64,000 bases of DNA from Schmidtea polychroa (taxonomy: Eukaryota). The position numbers and the translations under genes are program-made. Shown here piece after piece: positions 56,082-64,000 of this stretch (position 1 is its first letter; each line of letters begins with the position of its first letter). The notes beneath the pieces are model-generated. The model was not told the origin of the DNA. It saw only the letters and a list, made by a program, of their open reading frames with translations, and made no database searches. The stretch is taken from NCBI GenBank assembly GCA_044892525.1, contig CM097885.1:46192001-46256000 (forward strand), written 5' to 3'.

Positions 56082-56380
<299 letters not shown>

Positions 56381-56563
56381 TTGTTTAATAAGATTTCAAA
56401 CATGAAATTGACATATTTATAATGCTAATCATGGAAGATTAGTTTGCCAATATGAATTAACATTGTTGAAATTACCTAGCATATTTACTTGTGGTAAATT
56501 AAAACAGTTTTAGGGTATTGACTTTTTCTTTGACATAATTATAATTATAATTATAATTATAAC

Positions 56564-56656
<93 letters not shown>
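56564..56656. repeat. (ATT)n microsatellite
   Basis: Direct reading. Confidence 0.96.
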
Positions 56657-56658
<2 letters not shown>

Positions 56659-57136
56659 ATTAAATAATGTTCTTATGGCTAATCAACATTTGACATCAAC
56701 ATTTTTGATAGACTACATCACCAGAGAAAAATGTTTAGGTTTTCTGGGTCTTTGTAAAGTGTCAATCACAATTTATACAAGTTCAATAATTGGGATTTGA
56801 TGAAAACAATGAGTGATAAAGGCCAGCTGATTCCCAATCAAGCAATGTCCTCTCTTTTGTTGATAGGAATTTCAGCAATCAATTCAATAACACTGAAACT
56901 CATTTCCTGATTCAGAATTAATTATATTAATTTTTATTCTATCTATAATAGTTTTTTTTCTTAAATTATATTTACTTTGCCTTTCACAAATTTCCCAAAG
57001 ACATAATCTTTTATTAGCTTATTTTTGTGGTCTCGAAAATTTTTTTAAAATCAATTTTTGTGAGTTTATTAGAACCAAAATTTAAAGAAAATATTATAAG
57101 AGATATATTAGGCTAAAATACGGATGATCTACGCTT

Positions 57137-57446
57137 GTCGTAGAAACATTCGACCTTCTCGCCGATGATCTTAATGGTAAACGTGAATTTATACTGGAAT
57201 TGCTGTCATACTTATATTTTTCTGGTGCATTGGTTGAATGAACACCTGGCAGCAGCTGAAGTCACAATAGTCTTCAACACTTATTTCAATTCCATCATCC
57301 AACTTTATGGACATTTTTACAAGATATCTTTACGACATGCAAAATCAGAAAGCGATATTTGTCCATGGTTTAAATGGAGTTCAGCAGATTCAAAAGAAGA
57401 AGTATCGAGAATCGAAGGAACGTGTGGCGCATTCAGTTAATATGTA
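57137..57446 (+). pseudogene. MULE transposase C-terminal fragment
   Basis: VVETFDLLADD...LELLSY, HNSLQHLFQFHHPTLWTFLQ, QKAIFVHGLNG...KKKYRESKERV across frameshifts; resembles the EGWHxxL...HPTxWxF motif of invertebrate MULEs. Confidence 0.7.
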
Positions 57447-57662
57447 TATTTAATGTTTAAAATTAAAAACTAAAACATTCATTGAATTTATTCAATAATA
57501 TAAAAATCACTTGGTAAGCCAAAATCAAAAAAGACAAAAGAATTAAAAGAATTAGCAAAGAATCTTTAAAGTAAATGAAAGTCTTTAGATTGATACTGAT
57601 AGCAATTATTATCAAATTTAATTATTGTTTTTGGATTGTTCAACGCCGCCATCAAATATTAT

Positions 57663-57873
57663 CCCTTAAGTACCGTTAAAGGTACAAATATTTTTCCAGT
57701 TATATTTCTTTATTAATTTTTAAAATTACCATGCCAACTATTTTTCGATGTTGAACTAATTTTATTTTATCAAAGATTATTATATTCATGACTGATACGG
57801 CAATTATTATTTCAAAATGTCGAAACTGCTGATATTCTGTTGGCACAAATGTAGGTTTATGGGCATTTAAGGG
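57663..57873. mobile_element. piggyBac-like MITE, degenerate
   Basis: TTAT|CCCTTAAGTACC ... GGCATTTAAGGG|TTAA. Confidence 0.55.
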
Positions 57874-58359
57874 TTAAAGATAATATTCATATTAGGTCAT
57901 GATGTAATTTCATTTTTATTTGCCATTTTGGAGTAAAAACTTGTTCTATTGAAAAAATGACCTCTTAAATTTTGTTTTAATTAATAATAAAGAACGGATT
58001 TATTCAATTTTGTATTTATTCAAGCAACATTTAGAAATCCATTAATTTTATTCAATATTAGGAAAACCTGAAAACTTTTAATTGACAATACTTTCAGATT
58101 TATTAATATTTTTGATTTTTGGGACAATATTTTTGTTAGAAATTTTTCAAATATTTATGAATATTAAACTAATATTGCAGAATAGCCTTTGTCATTTTGG
58201 GTAATAATTATCATAATGGAATTTTCAGTGGTCGTTGGTTATGAAATTACTTTTCATTTTAACTGAATTTAGTAATTCGTTAAATTCTCTCATTTATTAC
58301 TGTATTTATTGACAATCAGCTTTTGTATTTGTTTATATGTTTATTATTATTATTATTTA

Positions 58360-58399
<40 letters not shown>

Positions 58400-58437
58400 T
58401 ATTTAATTACTTTATTATTATTATAATTATTATTATA

Positions 58438-58631
58438 ATTATAAAGTGATGATTTCTTGGTAGCAGCATTTATTATTTAAAACAATAAAATGATAATTTA
58501 AGCTTTTGCTGCGAATAATGTATTTAATGAAACAGTTTTCGACTATAAGATAGTCCTTGACAAGGACTATCTTCTAATTAAAATTTTTTTCATTAAATAC
58601 ATTATTCGCAGCAAAAGGCTTAAATTATCAC
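58438..58631 (-). repeat. Family A, near-full copy in reverse orientation within ATT-rich tracts
   Basis: ATTATAAAGTGATGATTTCTTGGTAGCAGCAT (tail, reverse complement) then both arms around CCTTG-A-CAAGG. Confidence 0.93.
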
Positions 58632-58664
58632 CATATTTTTTTATTATTATAATTATTATTATTA

Positions 58665-58783
58665 CTTATTAAAAAGCTTGAAGACTTAAAAACATCGAAG
58701 ACTAAAACATCGATATATTTATTGATTCATCAACTTCAAGCTTTTTAATAAATACAATAGAAAAGAAATCAGTGGTGAAATTT
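58665..58783 (+). repeat. Family B copy (rearranged) next to family A copy
   Basis: TTATTAAAAAGCTTGAAG ... CTTCAAGCTTTTTAATAAATACAATAGAAAAGAAATCAGTGGTGAAATTT; duplicated AAAACATCGA. Confidence 0.8.
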
Positions 58784-58786
58784 GAC

Positions 58787-58847
58787 TTATTATTATTATT
58801 ATAATTGTTATTGTTATTGTTATTATTATTAATATTAATATTATTAA

Positions 58848-58931
<84 letters not shown>

Positions 58932-58952
58932 CATCATCATCATCATCATCAT
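58787..58952. repeat. (ATT)n/(ATC)n microsatellite
   Basis: Direct reading. Confidence 0.95.
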
Positions 58953-59379
58953 AACTATTATTAATTATTTACAAAAATATAATAAAATATTTTAATATAA
59001 AAGTTTCTAAATTTACTAATGCTTTATCTCGATAAGGATTATTATTAATATGTTAAAATTGATGCTAATGAAAATTGCGCGGATTCACAAAACAACCAGA
59101 CTTTAATTTCGAAATATTTTTTAAAGAAATCTCAAATTATTTAGAAAAGTAATTTATTAAAACTTGTTATTTTATTTTTAATAGATTAACTAAATTTTTT
59201 TTTAACTTGATAATATTTTACTTTCTATATTAGTTAAAATAAAATGTGAATTATGGATCGAAATGGCCAATGGTATATTTTATTAAATAATTGTTGGTTT
59301 ATTAATTTTCAGCCTGACACAATTCTTTATGAATTTTTAAAAGGAATTCTTTTATCATATTTAATGATCATTACTTTGA

Positions 59380-59478
59380 TTTGACGATGTTTTTATCCGT
59401 CTTTCATAGTGATGGTCTTTCTTGTCTTGCATCATCTTTTACTGATCCATATCCACTTTCAAAGCGCGAATACCGTTC
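59380..59478 (-). pseudogene. mariner transposase N-terminal fragment
   Basis: ERYSRFESGYGSVKDDARQERPSL*KTDKNIVK resembles mariner EWFxRFKSGxxSVEDDxRSGRPSTSKTDEN. Confidence 0.75.
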
Positions 59479-59639
59479 ATTTGTTGTTATTTTCAATAGC
59501 CATAACGAGTTTCTAACATTTTCTATGTATTAATACTTTTAATTTTATTTTTAAAACAAAATTTAATACCAATTTTATGTTTAATAATTTAATTCATATT
59601 AAAAATCGAATTAACGCAAAAGGTTGATATAAAGCCCAC

Positions 59640-60526
59640 TAATTTTTCTAGGAGAGCTACATTCACATCCAAAATGTGTATGCGATCTACTTTTTTAATA
59701 CTTACATAATATTTACCTACAATGCAATAAATTCATCGCAATAAAACAAATATATGTCAAAATATGGAAAATTAAACTATATAACTATTTATAATAAAAA
59801 AATGTAACTTAGGAAATCAAATTTAATGAAAATTATTTTTATATAGAACTTTTCGATGTTGATGCTCTACATTGGGTTGAATCCACTAGATTTTTGTAGT
59901 TTGGGATATAAGTGCTAAGACAACTTCTTAGGCTGGATTCCAAATGGTCATCTGTTAATGTTGCTTGGTACTTTGACTTTATAATTTTCATATGTGAAAA
60001 TGCAGACTCACATAAATAAGTTGAACCAAAAAATGATACTAAATTTTCGAAGCATTTTTTCAAGTTTGAATATTTATCCTCTGATAGATATTTCCATACA
60101 TTTGGTTCGAAAGATCTTGATTTAATGAAGATATCATTTTGAAGTGTGATTATTTCCATTTCAAGTATAGGGATATCCATTTTAAACAAAGTTGAAATTG
60201 AATCTGCAACAATTTCTGGTTTTATTTTTGGATTAAACGGAAAGGACATAAATGCAGCCACAATTTCAAGTTTCTTGAAGTCTTGAAAACGTCTCTGGAA
60301 CTCTAAAACCAAAGTTTTCCTCTACTTAGCCACCTTACATCTGAATGCATCAGTAATTCAGCAGGACCTTCGCTATTACTTTCTTCAATTTGTAATTTGA
60401 AAAGTCGTCTCTGAAGACTTCTTGCACGAATCGAGTTAGCAATTTTGAAATTTATATAAAAAATATTTTTTTTATGAAGATCTACTAAAAAATCCTTCGC
60501 GATCGACCTTATGGGCACCCCCCCCC
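59640..60526 (-). mobile_element. hAT Charlie/SPIN-like element with internal deletions
   Basis: ORFs 60303-60539 (NSIRARSLQRRLFK...LMHSDVRWLSRGK) and 59839-60312 (EFQRRFQDF...FGSTYLCESAFSHMKIIKSKY...LTDDHL); terminus-like GGGGTGCCCATAAGGTCGATCGCG on the minus strand. Confidence 0.9.
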
Positions 60527-60639
60527 ATATTATAAACAAACAAATGAAACAAGTTATATGTTTTACGTGTCAATTGTAAATTGAGTTGACTGGGTATTTT
60601 TTATATTGGTTATATATATATAATTCATTATTGTTGCCG

Positions 60640-61640
60640 TATCATGATCAAAGAGTGCCAGCTACTTTGGTATTTAGGTCGGTTTCTCTCTTACTACTTT
60701 TTTTCTAATTTTTTTTTACTCTTTATATTTTTAATATTATTTACACAGCATCGTTTGATTACAGTTTTAGTCTCAAATGACACATTGATATATAAAATAT
60801 GGAATTTGTTATTTCTTTTATTATTAATCGTAAACTCAGGTTTCATTTTCGTATTAATGCCTATAGATATTTGCTCAACATCAACTTTGAAGCCTCTTTT
60901 CATCATATCTCTGAATAGTATTATCAAGACTCGGTAATGTATATGTCTCAATGCTTTCAGTTTAGCAGAGCTATGATAGAAAATGTGTCTCATGATCCCT
61001 TTTACATTTCATAATTTGTCTTTCATAGAGTGTCAATTTTGTTTTTAAGTAAAACGGATTATAATTTACGTTTAGTATTTTTGTTCTAGCATTGATCAAA
61101 AAATACTATTTGTTATCCCTGAGCAGGTTGGATTTGGTGATACCGATTCTGCCTTGTCCTTAGCATGTCATTTGAAACCACGTATAAACTTACCACTTAC
61201 CTGTTTGTTGGTGAAAATAAGATGAAGTCTTTTATATTTTTCCTTTATTTATTATTTCTGATTATTTCTGCTTGACAAAAAATAAAATATTTTGTTGAGT
61301 ATAATAATAAAAAAATATGACCAAAAAAACAGTTTTATTGACACTTTTGGTTTGTCGTGATTTTGCAATGATCACCTGGCATTTTGGTTGAATTAATCTA
61401 GAACTAGAAAGTATGAGATAATTATAATGTATAAATCCCGGCGTTAATAATATTTTTAAAACTAATGATAAAAATCCTATCAAGTCCAGATGAATAAGGA
61501 CTTCTAAATTCATTTGTAATTTAAGGTTGTGTCTGAGTTTTATTTTTATTTTATTTTTATTCCATATTAGCATGAATGTAATAATGAAGTTTCTGAACTG
61601 GCCTGGTCGAATTTCAAGGTTTCCAAGAGATTTCATCTCA
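60640..61640 (-). pseudogene. Possible decayed Penelope-like retroelement
   Basis: Correctly ordered but weak motif echoes: FLSLVLKILLTP (LSLGLKFxxTP), GKFIRGFK*H (LYGLPKIHK), YR/LDNTI (YVDDT), PEFTINNKRNNKFHILYINV (KFTxExExNNKLPFLDV). Confidence 0.45.
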
Positions 61641-61854
61641 GTTGCATAATGTATAAATTAAGTTTATTAACATTTTAATAATAAGATAGTTAAAAAATAA
61701 ATAACATTAAAATAATTTGAAACAATTTATCGATTTATTTTTATTTGTGATAAATTTTTTTATATCTTATCAAAATTATTATCCAGAATCACAATTTATA
61801 TTTTTGCAAATTTTAATTTTTGGTTTAAATATTGATGTTGAAATTTTTCTCCAG

Positions 61855-62002
61855 GCTCGGATCAGTACAGGAAAATACTGGCAGTGATTCTATTCCTGAA
61901 ATCAGATCAAATCGTGATCCTAAACCAAAAGACAAACAAGCGATTTTAGAAGTCATTCGAACAATTGAGCCTGATCATGATTTCAGAATGCAACAAATTG
62001 AA
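61855..62002 (+). CDS. SRCIN1/KIAA1217-like protein, last visible exon (gene continues)
   Basis: tttttctccag| phase 2 gives RLGSVQE (family RLASVQE)...PDHDFRMQQIE; gaa|gtaaat donor. Confidence 0.88.
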
Positions 62003-62114
62003 GTAAATTATTTTATCAGATATTTTTTTGTTTTTGTTTTTCTATCATAAATTTATTTTTGAGGTTTCCTTCCTTTATACGATATTTATAATTTTTTGGT
62101 GCATGTTTGTTTTG

Positions 62115-62310
<196 letters not shown>

Positions 62311-62469
62311 AGATGACAATGAGTTTAGAAAATAAGCTGTCCTAATAAATGGAATAAATTGTTTTAAATAAACTCAAATCATTTTGTCCTGCGTCATAAT
62401 TTCCTCTTGTAATCTTTCATTCTCGTCTAGAAAATAAATTTTTCATGAAAGGTTTTTTTTAAATATTAA

Positions 62470-62640
62470 ATGATAAAAACTTTAAATTTGCTGACTGTAT
62501 TCGTAGTTTGTTGGGTTTTCCTTGTAAATTCCTAGTTGTAAATATCCCACTTTTCATTAGCGTCCTACAAATTCACCAAAGTCCGGTGCCTAGAATGTCT
62601 TTTATTACAAAATTTAATCTGATGCAATTTCTTTTTTCAC
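62470..62640 (-). pseudogene. Possible second Penelope-like RT remnant
   Basis: LHQIKFCNKDILG then a frameshifted GIY-RKPTN-like stretch (TxVYRKPT motif); needs several indels. Confidence 0.3.
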
Positions 62641-64000
62641 GACTATTTCCATTAGCTTCACATTAAATGCAAAAAGGGAAATTCTACAAAAGAAAAATTC
62701 ACAATTATGTAAATCTTTTTAATTACTAAGTTGACTAAATTAATTTTTTGTTATTGTGAGAATTTGTACAATGTAAAGGGAAAGTGTTCCGTTTTTTAAG
62801 TATCACTTTAACCAGGTTTACTTTGTTATTAATTTGTTTTACTGTTCTTGAAGTAGTTAAATTATTTTTATATATTTGAGTTTTTATAAAGCTTAAGATA
62901 AATGAAGGAAAGTTTCCTCAAAGGTATTTTATACTTTACAAATTCAATGACACAAATGAAACATCATACTATATGTTAAGGTTTCTGTCATAGTTAATAC
63001 TCTGAATAGAGGAGGCATTAACATCTGTAAAATCTTTAAAAGTCAATAATAATGTTCAGAACTCAGTTGTAAAAATATATTTTATATAAAGATTTTTGGA
63101 TGCTGTTGGTAAGCTTAAAGTTCTCAAAGGTTTGAATAAAGATACCCCATGAATTTAGTGAAAGCTACTTTATTGATTGGATTTCTGTGTTGTAAAGATT
63201 TGATTAGTGACAGAAAAAACATCTTTGATACTTGTTCCATAAGAAAATGAACTTTCGTTCTTCAAAGTCAATGTACATAAAAAGAAGGTTATTGTTATAC
63301 TTAGCGTTCCCAACCTTGCGTCGATGTTGACTTGGAGACAACGAATTCTGTTGTTGTAGAAAGAGGATGGATTAATAAAAAACTTATCAATTTGCATTTA
63401 TAAAATACATTTAATTCATTGTAAATAAATCAGAAAAAATAAAAATTCAAAAAAAAATTCAAAAATTCATTATATATACTGCTAGACGATTGCACTAGAC
63501 GATTGTTCTGGCCCGAGGAATTTTATTGTTACCCAGAAGTCCGAAGAACGCTATTGGTAACGCTAGTTATACTGCTGAGTATACTGCAAAGCATCACGAA
63601 TTAACATTTTTTAACATCAGACAAAAACGCATATACCCATTTTTTGTGAACAGCTTGACAAACTGAATGGCCAGATTTAAAGATATTGTACCGTTCTTTT
63701 GAATGGGAAATGAATCGTAGGTTATTATGGTAATGACAAATCACATGTAACTTGAAAACCCATGAAACACTAAACTCATTTTTTTGGAGATTACCTTACT
63801 CTTTATATTTATATATCTTTTTTATAAGGGCAGTTAAAAAGATTTCGTAACAAAAGACATTGACATTCTCCATAGGAATAAACAAATATATAATCATATC
63901 CAACTCTATAAAATATATTTTAGATTAAACGTTTAATATATATTAGAGAAAAAGATTATTACATGTCGGCTACAATGTGATTGCGGTAACTTTTATGTTT

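Overview
Very AT-rich eukaryotic genomic DNA with 41-60 nt mini-introns, multi-kb introns and long (ATT)n/(TA)n tracts. The style suggests a planarian-like invertebrate, but this is inference only. One host gene can be rebuilt by hand on the + strand: seven phase-compatible exons (33331-62002) of an SRCIN1/KIAA1217/CG32809-like coiled-coil protein, with neither its start nor its end located. Its third visible intron holds a young ~5.0-kb Ty3/gypsy element with near-identical LTRs, a tRNA-Arg-like PBS, a 3xCCHC Gag, a C_CCA_AAA plus stem-loop -1 frameshift signal and PR-RT-RH-IN with three lesions. The next intron holds an antisense, internally deleted actin pseudogene that the ORF track misses. 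The rest is transposon debris: hAT, piggyBac, MULE, mariner/pogo, Helitron, Penelope-like and an older gypsy integrase. The most unusual signal is two families of short 'long palindrome + one-sided tail' elements (at least 5 and about 7 copies), often next to (ATT)n tracts, whose copy-specific variants are mirrored on both arms. Poly-I/L/Y/N ORFs in the track are microsatellite artefacts. All family assignments come from motif recall, not database searches.
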